NCBI GenBank assembly: GCA_958296385.1
Contig: OY282494.1
Span: 3,222,956 to 3,286,955 of the forward strand
DNA: 64,000 nt
Source of the DNA: an uncultured Dehalococcoidia bacterium
GTDB taxonomy: Bacteria; Chloroflexota; Dehalococcoidia; Lucifugimonadales; UBA3495
Reading direction: 5' to 3'
The notes beneath the pieces are model-generated. The model saw only the letters and a program-made list of their open reading frames with translations, did not search any database and had not been told where the DNA came from. Position 1 is the first letter of the stretch. Each line of letters starts with the position of its first letter. Below are positions 45,203 to 53,550 of the stretch, in pieces. A program made the translations under genes and the position numbers.

Positions 45203-45783
45203 CTGTCCGGCAGAGCTGCGCCGCGAATCCGGTCAAAAATGGGGACCAAGTCTATGGCAATGCCCGGAATGGCTTGCGATGTTAATATCTCGTTGGACTG
45301 ATACACCCGCTCCAGTGTCAATGCTGCGCCGTCCCTGACGTATTTTGACACCGTTGCGGCGCGCAAGTCGGCAACCCACATTTCACGGACGCCGTTGCGG
45401 GCGTACACGGGCAGTTTTACCGTCAAGTCGCGCTGCCGGGTGGATTCGGACAGCACTTCTATTACTATGTCCGGCGCGCCGGTGATGCCGTGTGCCTCAA
45501 TGATATGCCGCCGGTTGTTGGAGATGAACAGCAAGTCGGGCTGAAAAGTGTTTTGTTCGTCCATGGCCACGTCGAGGGGGGCAACGAAAATTGCGCCGGT
45601 ATCGGGGCCGATTCGCGAACGCAGGGCGAAGTACAGTTCTCCGATAAACTCCTGGTGCGGAACACTGGCGCCGGCCATTTTAATAAGTTCTCCCTCAATG
45701 AGCTGGTAGCGCACGCCCCGATGCGAGGGGGGCGTCAGCGCTATGTAGTCGGCCCCGGTTAGTTTGGTGCGGGGTTGGATCAT
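45199..45783 (-). CDS. Uma2-family (DUF820) endonuclease-like protein
   Basis: ...YQLIEGELIKM...FQPDLLFISN...APDIVIEVLSESTRQRDLTVKLPVYARNGVREMWV is the PD-(D/E)xK-like core. Confidence 0.85.
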   Translation of the reverse strand: MIQPRTKLTGADYIALTPPSHRGVRYQLIEGELIKMAGASVPHQEFIGELYFALRSRIGPDTGAIFVAPLDVAMDEQNTFQPDLLFISNNRRHIIEAHGITGAPDIVIEVLSESTRQRDLTVKLPVYARNGVREMWVADLRAATVSKYVRDGAALTLERVYQSNEILTSQAIPGIAIDLVPIFDRIRGAALPDS

Positions 45784-45796
45784 CTTGTTGCCTCCG

Positions 45797-46387
45797 CTAA
45801 CTATTGGGCAGAGCTGCGCCGCGAATCCGGTCAAAAATTGGGGCCAAGTCTATGGCAATGTCCGGAATGGCTTGCGACGTTAATATCTCGTTGGACTGAT
45901 ACACCTGCTCCAGTGTTAACGCCGCGCCGTCCCTGACGTATTTTGATACTGTTGCGACGTGCAAGTCGGCAACCCACATTTCGCGGACGCCATTGCGGGC
46001 ATACACGGGCAGTTTTACCGTCAAGTCGCGCTGACAGGTGGATTCGGACAGCACTTCTATTACTACGTCCGGGGCGCCGGTGATGCCGTGTCCGTCAAGA
46101 ATATGCCGCCGGTCGTTGGCGATAAACAGCAAGTCGGGTTGAAAAGTGTTGTGCTCGTCTATGGCCACGTCGAGGGTAAGGGAAAATTCGCCGTTATACC
46201 CGGTTCCCAAGCGCAGCGCGAAGAGCAGTTCTCCGATAAACGCCTGGTGCGAATAACTGGTGCGGGCCATTTGAATCAGCTCACCCTCAATGAGCTGGTA
46301 GCGCACGCCCTGATACCAGGGGGGAGTCATCGCCATATAGTCGGCCCCGGTTAGTTTGGTGCGGGGTTTTGCCTGGGGTTGCGTCAT
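45797..46387 (-). CDS. Uma2-family (DUF820) endonuclease-like protein, tandem paralog
   Basis: The motifs match the 45199 gene. The 3' halves are about 90% identical at DNA level by eye. Confidence 0.85.
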   Translation of the reverse strand: MTQPQAKPRTKLTGADYMAMTPPWYQGVRYQLIEGELIQMARTSYSHQAFIGELLFALRLGTGYNGEFSLTLDVAIDEHNTFQPDLLFIANDRRHILDGHGITGAPDVVIEVLSESTCQRDLTVKLPVYARNGVREMWVADLHVATVSKYVRDGAALTLEQVYQSNEILTSQAIPDIAIDLAPIFDRIRGAALPNS

Positions 46388-46426
46388 CTGGTTGCCTCCG
46401 GGTGTTGCCTCCGGCGCTGTTATTGG

Positions 46427-47668
46427 TTATGGGGGTGGGGGGATGGTTAGTGGGGGGGTGCGTTGGCGGAGGTATTGTTCGGTTACGAAGGGGGTGCCGA
46501 AGCCGTATTCGTCGGCGCATTGGCGGACTATGGCGAGGGTTTCGGCGCGCAGGGTTTGGGGGGATGGCTCGCGGCCGCCGGAGATGATGCTGCGGATGAG
46601 GCGTCCGGCCAAGTCCTGCTTGGCGTCGGGGTGGCCGCAGATGCCTTCGTAGGCTACGCTGCCGCAGGTTGGGCAGTACCACCATTCCAGCGTCAGCACG
46701 GAGCGGATGCCCAAGTCGGGCAGTTGGGCGAATATCTCGTGGGCGGCGTAGCGGTCGTAGTAATCGCCCACGCCGGCGTGGTCGCGGCCAAACATATGGT
46801 GGGTGCAGCCCAGGTTTTTGCGCACGATGGCGTGAAATACGGCCTCGCGGGGGCCGGCGTAGCGCATATCCCACAGCAGCGCGGTGGTGCGGTGGATGTC
46901 ATCCCGAAAGAACCCGCGCGCGCGGAGCTGTTCGTGGGTCAGGACGATGGCCTCATCAATGTAATCGCCCTCTTTTTTCTCGCCGATGACGGCGCTGACC
47001 AGTATGCCGTCGGCGCGGGCCTCCATAAAGGCGCCTTTCATCAGGTACTCGTGGCCGGAGTGGGGGACGTTGCGGGTTTGGTGGGCTACTACTCGTCGCC
47101 AGCCGACGGCGTCCAGTTCGGCGCGCAGCTGGCGGGGGGTGCGCCAGAAACGGTCAAAGGGCGGGTTGATTACCGGCTCGCAGACCAGCGTGATGTCGCC
47201 GGCGACGAAACGGTTGGCGTAGTCCAGGGTGCGCTGCACGCCGGGGTGGGCGGGGTCGGTGGTGGCGTAGATTTGGCCGGCCAGCGCGGTGAGGTCAAGG
47301 GAGAAAATCTCGGCGACGTCCAGCGTGGCCAGGGGGTTGCCCTGGTGGGTGAGCAGGACGGTAGCGCCTACGCTGACGCCGGCCGTCCGCAACTCGGCGT
47401 CGGGAACGTCCAGCACGATGGGGATGGGCCAGACGAGGCCGTTGGAGAGGCGCATGGTTTCGGCTACCGCCGTGACGTCGGCGCGGCCCATGAATCCGGT
47501 TAACGGGGAAAAGAACCCGTAGGCGATGTTCACGCACTCGCGGGCAATCTGCTCGCGCAACTCGATGCGAGGCAGGGCGGCGATGCGTTCCCGGTCGTGG
47601 GCGGTCAGGGGCCGCACGCGTTCAATCAGCGCGCCGCCGTGAGGGGAAAGGCTGTTGTCAACATTCAT
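46427..47668 (-). CDS. sat: sulfate adenylyltransferase (ATP sulfurylase)
   Basis: Supporting sequence: ...VVAHQTRNVPHSGHEYLMK...GCTHHMFGRDHAGVGDYY... Confidence 0.85.
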   Translation of the reverse strand: MNVDNSLSPHGGALIERVRPLTAHDRERIAALPRIELREQIARECVNIAYGFFSPLTGFMGRADVTAVAETMRLSNGLVWPIPIVLDVPDAELRTAGVSVGATVLLTHQGNPLATLDVAEIFSLDLTALAGQIYATTDPAHPGVQRTLDYANRFVAGDITLVCEPVINPPFDRFWRTPRQLRAELDAVGWRRVVAHQTRNVPHSGHEYLMKGAFMEARADGILVSAVIGEKKEGDYIDEAIVLTHEQLRARGFFRDDIHRTTALLWDMRYAGPREAVFHAIVRKNLGCTHHMFGRDHAGVGDYYDRYAAHEIFAQLPDLGIRSVLTLEWWYCPTCGSVAYEGICGHPDAKQDLAGRLIRSIISGGREPSPQTLRAETLAIVRQCADEYGFGTPFVTEQYLRQRTPPLTIPPPP

Positions 47669-47677
47669 AGTGGCGAC

Positions 47678-47686
47678 ATTGTACCA
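47678..47686 (-). promoter_or_regulatory. extended -10 (TGgTACAAT) 9 nt upstream of the sat ATG; implies a near-leaderless mRNA
   Basis: The minus strand reads GATGGTACAATGTCGCCACT-ATG. No Shine-Dalgarno sequence is possible in the 9-nt gap. Confidence 0.4.
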
Positions 47687-47762
47687 TCGCTATTATCCGG
47701 CGGCGGCGGCCCGGCGGCGTTAGGTTGCAGGCGGTTTGGTCAAGTCATGACAGGTCATCCTT

Positions 47763-48054
47763 ATAGCCCAAAACCTGCACCAACGCCGGCAGCCATTGCG
47801 ACGCGTAGTGCGGGGAATCAAACAAGCGCTAGGCAACCGCCGTTGACGCCAACACCGTCCGGCAGTACCATAATCAGCACATCGCCCCTTGAGAGTACGC
47901 TACGCTCCCCGACATCATGAGCGCGCCGGAATCCTGGGGCATATTCGTGCCCGCAGTGGATTGGTTTGGTAGCCCACAACCTCCACCAGCGACGACGCCC
48001 CTTGCGCCGCGCGGTGAGGAGAATTAAGCGGACGTTTGGCAGGCGTGGTTGACG
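47763..48054 (+). repeat. S-D repeat array, locus A (about 1.4 units of ~206 bp), homologous to the array at 53551-54205 on the other strand
   Basis: S_A1 is at 47763-47846, D_A1 at 47843-47968, and S_A2 at 47969-48052, followed by a TTGACG restart at 48049. The D block contains TTGACG(47843-47848)-17-TACCAT. The array aligns over its whole length with the reverse complement of 53551-53906. Confidence 0.8.
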
Positions 48055-48069
48055 CTACCATCAAGGACG

Positions 48070-49347
48070 TTAGTAGGGCCTTCCGTCCAAAATGACTTCA
48101 AGTACCAGATAAGTCACACCGTCTATGTCAATATAGGTATTTCCGTCCCTTATGTACCCGGTATGCGGACAGTTTTCAGTCCACGAGTACCATATGCTTC
48201 CATCGTCGCGACTTTTCTTGGTTACCCGGTCAACGCAGGGTTTCCCCTCATGTGTCTTATACCAATATCCACCGTCTCCTTCGTCTCCTTCCCATTTCAG
48301 CTGGGCAAGATATGACCCGTCGTTATAGTGAGCGGTAGGCGCAGTGGGCGTAGGTGTAGGTGCAGGGGTGGGCGTAGGTGCATATACGTTTCGGCCTTGC
48401 TTGAGGGAATCAAACCGGCTGAAAATCTCGGACATGGCCAGCGCGTAGCCGATATTGTCGCTTTTTGCCTGCTTGTCCTTAAGCGTGTTCATCCCGATAA
48501 TTCGCCCTCTGGCGTTCATCAGAGGGCCGCCGGAATTACCCTCGTTAATCGCAGTGTCCGTCTTAATAAAGATTACGCCGTCCAAGTCAACGCTGGGAGA
48601 TGATACAACGCCGGTAGTTATTGAGAATTCACCATAGCCGGAGAGGCCGACAGGATAGCCTACCGCAATGGTTGCCTCTCCGTATTCTGCCGCGTAATCG
48701 TCAGCATACACGTCACGACTCCAACGCTGTAGATAATATATGCCGTCAGACATAAAATCGGTGGGACGGGCGTCCAGCAGCGCAACATCGGCCAGTTCGT
48801 CTCTGCCAAGCACTTTCGCACGTACCATAGGGGTATCCGTGTACCAATAAACATTCACGTAGGAGGCGTCTCCTACAACGTGAGCATTGGTAATGACATA
48901 GTAATCATCGTTGGTAGCCCGATGCCGGCCAACGGATGGGTCGACAATGAAAAACCCGGTTCCGAATGACCCAGGTACCCTTATTTCCAAGGTACGGTCT
49001 GCTAGCCTATTGCTCCAGTCGCGGATAGTAGGCGTCGGTGTAGGTGTGCGCGTGGGCCGGCGGGTAGGTGTCGGCCGGCGGGTTGGCGTCGCTGTGGGAT
49101 AAGGGGTTGCGGTTGGCTGCGGCGTGGCTGTCGGCCGTGGCGTGGCCGTCGGCCGTGGTGTAGCCGTGGGCCGTGGCGTGGTCGTGGGCGCATCCAACGT
49201 TGCCGACATTGCGCCAATCGTTGCCGGCAAGTCGGGCGTTGCCGTTACCTCTACGAATACTACGGTCGGTTCGGACGGCGCGGCGCAGGCCAGCAAAGTT
49301 ATTGCGACTATCGCTATCACAATTGCGGTTGTAAGTTTCGTGGCCAT
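48070..49347 (-). CDS. trypsin-like (S1/HtrA-like) serine protease with signal anchor, Pro/Thr repeat linker and extra C-terminal domain
   Basis: ATG 49347 follows GGGAG. The signal is MATKLTTAIVIAIVAITLLACAAP, followed by (PRPTAT)n. The protease core includes ...TNAHVV...TDTAINEGNSGGPL. The AT-richer C-terminal ~90 aa is not recognised. Confidence 0.8.
   Translation of the reverse strand: MATKLTTAIVIAIVAITLLACAAPSEPTVVFVEVTATPDLPATIGAMSATLDAPTTTPRPTATPRPTATPRPTATPQPTATPYPTATPTRRPTPTRRPTRTPTPTPTIRDWSNRLADRTLEIRVPGSFGTGFFIVDPSVGRHRATNDDYYVITNAHVVGDASYVNVYWYTDTPMVRAKVLGRDELADVALLDARPTDFMSDGIYYLQRWSRDVYADDYAAEYGEATIAVGYPVGLSGYGEFSITTGVVSSPSVDLDGVIFIKTDTAINEGNSGGPLMNARGRIIGMNTLKDKQAKSDNIGYALAMSEIFSRFDSLKQGRNVYAPTPTPAPTPTPTAPTAHYNDGSYLAQLKWEGDEGDGGYWYKTHEGKPCVDRVTKKSRDDGSIWYSWTENCPHTGYIRDGNTYIDIDGVTYLVLEVILDGRPY
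49130..49190 (-). repeat. 18-nt tandem repeat (about 3.4 copies) encoding PRPTAT units inside the protease gene
   Basis: Consecutive 18-mers are GTCGGCCGTGGCGTGGCC, GTCGGCCGTGGTGTAGCC and GTGGGCCGTGGCGTGGTC. Confidence 0.7.
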
Positions 49348-49535
49348 AATTACACTCCCGGCCAATATACTGCTGCGGCATGGCAAAAATGCCGGCTACC
49401 GCAATATCCAGGCCGGGATTGCGGCTGGTGTCCGGCGTATTACCACCCCTACTCCCCGCGTCGTCGCTGATTTTTTCGGATTGGGCGGGGGATTTTGACG
49501 GGGGGAGGGCGTATCGTTTGGGGTCAACGTTCACT

Positions 49536-49600
49536 GCTACGCTGTCGAGATTCTTCGCTGCGCTCAGAATGACATTGGGGGGTGGGAATGGTGGCGGGGG
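49536..49600 (-). repeat. fragment (one arm) of the palindromic repeat family
   Basis: TCGAGATTCTTCGCTGCGCTCAGAATGACATT at 49545-49576 is the reverse complement of the 32-mer core. Its flanks are alignable to the left arm of 53907-54132. Confidence 0.7.
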
Positions 49601-49611
49601 TTAGGGTTGGG

Positions 49612-50436
49612 CTAGTGGTCGCGGTATTCGGCGGGGCGCTTTTCGCGGAAGGCGGTTACGCCCTCTATGTGGTCTTGGGAGGTTAGGGTGATGGTTTCGC
49701 CGGCGGCGGCCATTTGCATTGCGGTTTCGAGGTCGAATTCCAAGCCTTTGTACAGCATCAGTTTGGAGAGGCGGATGGCGATGGGGGGGCCGGCGGCGAT
49801 GCGCTGCGCCAGGGCCAGGGTGGTTGATTCCAGTTCGGCGTCATCTACCAGACGGTTGAGGAAGCCCAGGCGGTAGGCTTCGTCGGCTTCCAGAAAGTCG
49901 CCGGTGAAGAGCATTTCGGCGGCGCGGCCGAGGCTGCCCAGGGTGCGGGGGTAGAGCCAGGTGCCGCCGAATCCGGGGAATAATCCGATGCGGACGTAGG
50001 CGGACATAAAGCGGGAGCGGGGGGTGCCGATGCGGATGTCGCAGGCGCAGGCCAAATCCAGGCCGGCGCCGGTGGCGACGCCGTTGACCATGGCGATTAC
50101 GGGCTTCTCGCAGCGCTGCACGCCCAATATCATGGCCTGCGCGGAGCGGAAACTGCGGCGCACTTCGTCGGCGTTGCCCGACGTCCAGCCGGCGCCGTCG
50201 CCATCGGCAGAGCCGCCCAGCTGGTTCAAGTCGCCGCCGGCGCAGAACGCCCGGCCGGCGCCGGTTACGATGACAACGCGGACGGCATCATCCGCATCGG
50301 CCTGCCGGATGGCATCGGCAATCTCCAGCTGCATCAGGTCGTTCAGGGCGTTGAGTCGATCCGGGCGATTGAGGGTAACGCGGGCAACGTGCGTAGCGGG
50401 GTCGGAATCGTAAAGGACAAGTTCGTAATCGGGCAT
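49612..50436 (-). CDS. enoyl-CoA hydratase/isomerase (crotonase) family
   Basis: Supporting sequence: ...ARVTLNRPDRLNAL...VVIVTGAGRAFCAGGDL...MVNGVATGAGLDLACACDIRI... Confidence 0.9.
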   Translation of the reverse strand: MPDYELVLYDSDPATHVARVTLNRPDRLNALNDLMQLEIADAIRQADADDAVRVVIVTGAGRAFCAGGDLNQLGGSADGDGAGWTSGNADEVRRSFRSAQAMILGVQRCEKPVIAMVNGVATGAGLDLACACDIRIGTPRSRFMSAYVRIGLFPGFGGTWLYPRTLGSLGRAAEMLFTGDFLEADEAYRLGFLNRLVDDAELESTTLALAQRIAAGPPIAIRLSKLMLYKGLEFDLETAMQMAAAGETITLTSQDHIEGVTAFREKRPAEYRDH

Positions 50437-50572
50437 AAGAAACGCCTCTCCTCCGGTTAGTGCGGCAAATCATTGTAGCACGGCAAAGCCCGGCGCACGT
50501 TGCCGCAGCCGGGGTTGGGTTCACAGTGACGGCAAACGCCCGGAATAGGCGTTTTAGCGGGGGCGCATAGGC

Positions 50573-50578
50573 TATAAT
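50573..50578 (+). promoter_or_regulatory. -10 box TATAAT upstream of the NYN gene
   Basis: A perfect TATAAT overlaps the ATG of the track ORF at 50577. This argues for the downstream TTG 50625 start, which has GGGAGGTGG 5 nt upstream. Confidence 0.35.
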
Positions 50579-50624
50579 GCAATCCGTTTATCCGTTACGT
50601 AGGCTATATCGGGAGGTGGCTAAT

Positions 50625-51488
50625 TTGGAAGAGAATAATAACGGCGTACTAATTGCCATTGATTGGGAGAACATCCGGCGGGGGGCGCAGCTGTACAATC
50701 AGAACGTTACGCCGGCCAGCGTGTGCGACGCGATGCGCAACGTGGCGGGGGTGTTCGGCCCGTTTCTGGGGGGCAAGGCCTTTGGCGACTGGAGCCTGCG
50801 CCTGGACGACGGGGCGGCTTTCAATCAGGCGGGGATACAGCCCTATCAGGCGCCGCGCACGATGGCGGGCAAAGACCGCAGCGACCCGGCCATCCTGCTG
50901 GAGGTGTACGACTGGGTGCGCGACCGGGATGACTGCGGTGTGGTCATCCTGGGTTCCGGCGATTCGGATTACCAGGTGCTGGTGGACAAGGCCCGGGAAC
51001 GGGGGCGGCGGGTCATCCTGTGCGCTTTCAGCCAGTCGGTGGCCCGGGATATGCTGGCCATTGCGCCCCTCTTTCCGCTGGAGGCGGAGCTGGGCTTTCA
51101 GATGTCGGAGCATGGCGACATTGCGCTGGTGGAGCTGGGGCCGAACAACATTGACGATGCGATGCAGATTTTCGTCAAGGGGGTGGACAGCCTGGAACGA
51201 CGGCTGAGCTTTGTGGGCTACTCCAAGCTGTACTCCGAATGGATGCTGGACTGGGGGTTGGCCAACACCGAGTACGAGTGCCGGGGGCTGCTGGACCAGT
51301 GGCTGGACGAGAACGTCGTGGAGCGCCATCACGTCGAGAACTACAACAACCCGCAATTCCCCACGGCGGCGGTGCGGCTGGTGCGCTCCAACGAAATCGT
51401 GCGGGAGTTTCTGGGACTGAACCGCCCGGCGGTCAACAATCCGGTGCTGCCGGCGCAATCGGCGGAGGCCGTGCGAGCCGAGGCGTAA
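50625..51488 (+). CDS. NYN-domain (LabA-like) protein with C-terminal extension
   Basis: ...VLIAIDWENI...AFGDW...RSDPAILLEVYDW...VVILGSGDSDYQVLVDKARERGRRVIL... shows the NYN/PIN-like acidic residues. Confidence 0.7.
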   Translation: MEENNNGVLIAIDWENIRRGAQLYNQNVTPASVCDAMRNVAGVFGPFLGGKAFGDWSLRLDDGAAFNQAGIQPYQAPRTMAGKDRSDPAILLEVYDWVRDRDDCGVVILGSGDSDYQVLVDKARERGRRVILCAFSQSVARDMLAIAPLFPLEAELGFQMSEHGDIALVELGPNNIDDAMQIFVKGVDSLERRLSFVGYSKLYSEWMLDWGLANTEYECRGLLDQWLDENVVERHHVENYNNPQFPTAAVRLVRSNEIVREFLGLNRPAVNNPVLPAQSAEAVRAEA

Positions 51489-51575
51489 CCGTATCAAATC
51501 AAGGGGCAGCCAATATCAAGGGGTAAGCATACCGGGGGCAACCGTACCGGGGGCAACCAAACCGAGGGGTGAGCA

Positions 51576-52763
51576 ATGCCGTCTTTCAGCTACATCGACC
51601 ATCTGGAATGCACCAACTGCGGGAGTGCGGCGGCCTACGATGGGCTGGCGACGGTGAGCGCGTGCTGCGGCAAGGTGCTGTTTGTGCGGTACGACTTGCC
51701 CCGGCTGCGGCGGGAGGTGGGCCGGGAGGTTTTTGACAGCCGCCCGGCCAATATGTGGCGGTTCAACGAGCTGCTGCCGGTTACCGACCCCGGCGCGGTC
51801 ATCACGCTGGGCGAGGGCGGCACGCCGCTGCTGGAGGCCGCCACGCTGGCGGCGCAGGTGGGCATCCGGCGGCTGCTCATCAAAGAGGAGGGGCTGAATC
51901 CGACGGGCACGTTCAAGGCGCGGGGCATCGCCGCCGCCGTGTCCAAAGCGTGGGAACAGGGCGCGCGGGGGTTCACCATGCCGTCGGCCGGCAACGCGGC
52001 CGGCGCAGCGGCGGCCTACTGCGCCCGCGCCGGAACCCCGGTCAAGGTGTTTATGCCCCAGGACGCCCCCGACTCCAACAAGAAGGAGTCCATCGTGGCC
52101 GGCTCGGAGCTGAATCTGGTGGACGGGCTAATCAGCGACGCCGGGCGGATTGCGGTGGGCGTGGCCGCGGAGCAGGGGCTGTTTGACCTCTCTACGCTGA
52201 AAGAGCCGTGCCGCGCGGAGGGCAAAAAGACGATGGGGCTGGAGATTGCCCAGCAGCTGGGCTGGCGGATGCCCGACGCCATCGTGTATCCCACCGGCGG
52301 CGGCACCGGCATCATCGGGATGTACAAGGGGTTTCAGGAACTGCTGGAGCTGGGCTGGATTGAGGGCAAGCCGCCCCGCTTTTACGCGGTGCAGGCCGAC
52401 GGCTGCCAGCCCATCGTAAAGGCGTGGCACGATGGCGCCGACACCGCCGAACCATGGGCCAACGCAACTACCAAAGCCGACGGCCTGCGCGTCCCGGGCC
52501 CGTTTGCCGACTATCTGATATTGCAGGCGCTACGCGAAACCGGCGGCGGCGCGCTGGCCATCAGCGACGACGCAATGATTGACGCAATGTACCGCCTGGC
52601 CGCCGCCGAGGGGGTAATCGCCTGCCCGGAGGGAGCGGCCACGCTGGTGGGCCTGGAACGACTGCTGGCCGACGGGAGTATCGGGGCCGATGAGGAGGTG
52701 GTGCTGCTGAACACCGGCTCCGGGTACAAGTACCTTGACCTGCTGCGGGGGCCGGGGGAGTAG
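51576..52763 (+). CDS. thrC: threonine synthase
   Basis: An N-terminal Cys cluster is present. ...EGLNPTGTFKARG... carries the PLP lysine, and ...TGGGTGIIG... also fits. Confidence 0.85.
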   Translation: MPSFSYIDHLECTNCGSAAAYDGLATVSACCGKVLFVRYDLPRLRREVGREVFDSRPANMWRFNELLPVTDPGAVITLGEGGTPLLEAATLAAQVGIRRLLIKEEGLNPTGTFKARGIAAAVSKAWEQGARGFTMPSAGNAAGAAAAYCARAGTPVKVFMPQDAPDSNKKESIVAGSELNLVDGLISDAGRIAVGVAAEQGLFDLSTLKEPCRAEGKKTMGLEIAQQLGWRMPDAIVYPTGGGTGIIGMYKGFQELLELGWIEGKPPRFYAVQADGCQPIVKAWHDGADTAEPWANATTKADGLRVPGPFADYLILQALRETGGGALAISDDAMIDAMYRLAAAEGVIACPEGAATLVGLERLLADGSIGADEEVVLLNTGSGYKYLDLLRGPGE

Positions 52764-52848
52764 AGGGAAACGGCTACGGTTGCTTTGGCTGGCGGCGGTT
52801 GGCAAATGGAGGTTTATTCGCCGGGATGCCGCCGTTTGTCAACACATC

Positions 52849-53550
52849 CTAGAACTGCTGTGTTGGGTTACTTCTGCCCGGTCGTGGGAAGGGACAGTAT
52901 ATTTGGTCAATATGCTCGAACAAATCGTGGGAAACCCGCTGCCAGAGTGGGTCGAGAACAATCCGCACGCCTTCGCGCCGGGCTAACTTTGCCGCCGGCA
53001 CGAAGTCGCTGTCTCCGGTGACCAGAACGATGGTATCCGCCTGTTTTTTAAGCGTGATAGTGGTGATATCGATTCCAATTCGCATATCAACCGCTTTCTG
53101 CCGGAAACCCGGCACAAAATCCGCGTCGTTCAAGTCAGTGACGGCCCGCCTCCCTGACAACAGGTCGTTCTGAGCCCTTTCGGTAATTATCCATTGTCGT
53201 TCCCTGTGAACCTCCCCTAATCGCAGGGCAAGGTTGGGACGACCGCGCAAGCGTTCGAACAGCCCCAAACGGAAAGACGCAACATCGGACTTTGCGTAAT
53301 CAATAGTCCGCTTACTGACCGGGTAGAGCCCTCTCTTATCGTAGGGGTACGCATCGTAAAAAAAGCAACGATACAAGAGGGAATAAGGGTTATCAGCACA
53401 CTCAACAGTATTAATTTGCTGGAGGTGGCCATCAATCAGCCGACCAATTTCCGTATCGGCGCGTTCGGGGTTTGACAAGACGCTCCGGTCAGTGAAACTC
53501 GGCAGACGTCTGAGGAAAAATCCGCCGTCAATCAATATTGCAACACGCAT
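52849..53550 (-). CDS. NYN-domain (LabA/DUF88-like) protein on an AT-richer segment
   Basis: Supporting sequence: MRVAILIDGGFFLRR...FFYDAYPY...QKAVDMRIGIDI...IVLVTGDSDFVPAAKLARREGVRIVL. Confidence 0.75.
   Translation of the reverse strand: MRVAILIDGGFFLRRLPSFTDRSVLSNPERADTEIGRLIDGHLQQINTVECADNPYSLLYRCFFYDAYPYDKRGLYPVSKRTIDYAKSDVASFRLGLFERLRGRPNLALRLGEVHRERQWIITERAQNDLLSGRRAVTDLNDADFVPGFRQKAVDMRIGIDITTITLKKQADTIVLVTGDSDFVPAAKLARREGVRIVLDPLWQRVSHDLFEHIDQIYCPFPRPGRSNPTQQF

Noticed and set aside
47917-48027. 36-codon ORF in the D block (MSAPESWGIFVPAVDW...), also present in both locus-B units (MSGPKSWGIF...)
   Set aside because: There is no Shine-Dalgarno sequence. Conservation is no better than the surrounding ~90% nucleotide identity, and the C-terminal parts differ completely between copies. 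It is not supportable as a gene from sequence alone.
49130-49190. Short regularly spaced repeats as a CRISPR array
   Set aside because: These are contiguous 18-nt tandem repeats without spacers, inside a coding region, encoding PRPTAT. No CRISPR-like array was found anywhere in the window.
50577-50624. ATG 50577 as the start of the first NYN gene
   Set aside because: That ATG overlaps a perfect TATAAT box and has no RBS. TTG 50625 has GGGAGGTGG 5 nt upstream, and the NYN domain begins right after it.
52764-52848. Possible third, degenerate S-like segment and TTGACA motif downstream of the NYN gene; a real one would make S repeats flank the NYN cassette
   Set aside because: The resemblance is patchy (short runs such as CCAACCGCCGCC/CCAACGCCGGCGG). 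The order of the TTGACA and the S-like part is reversed relative to true units. It is too weak to claim without a computed alignment.
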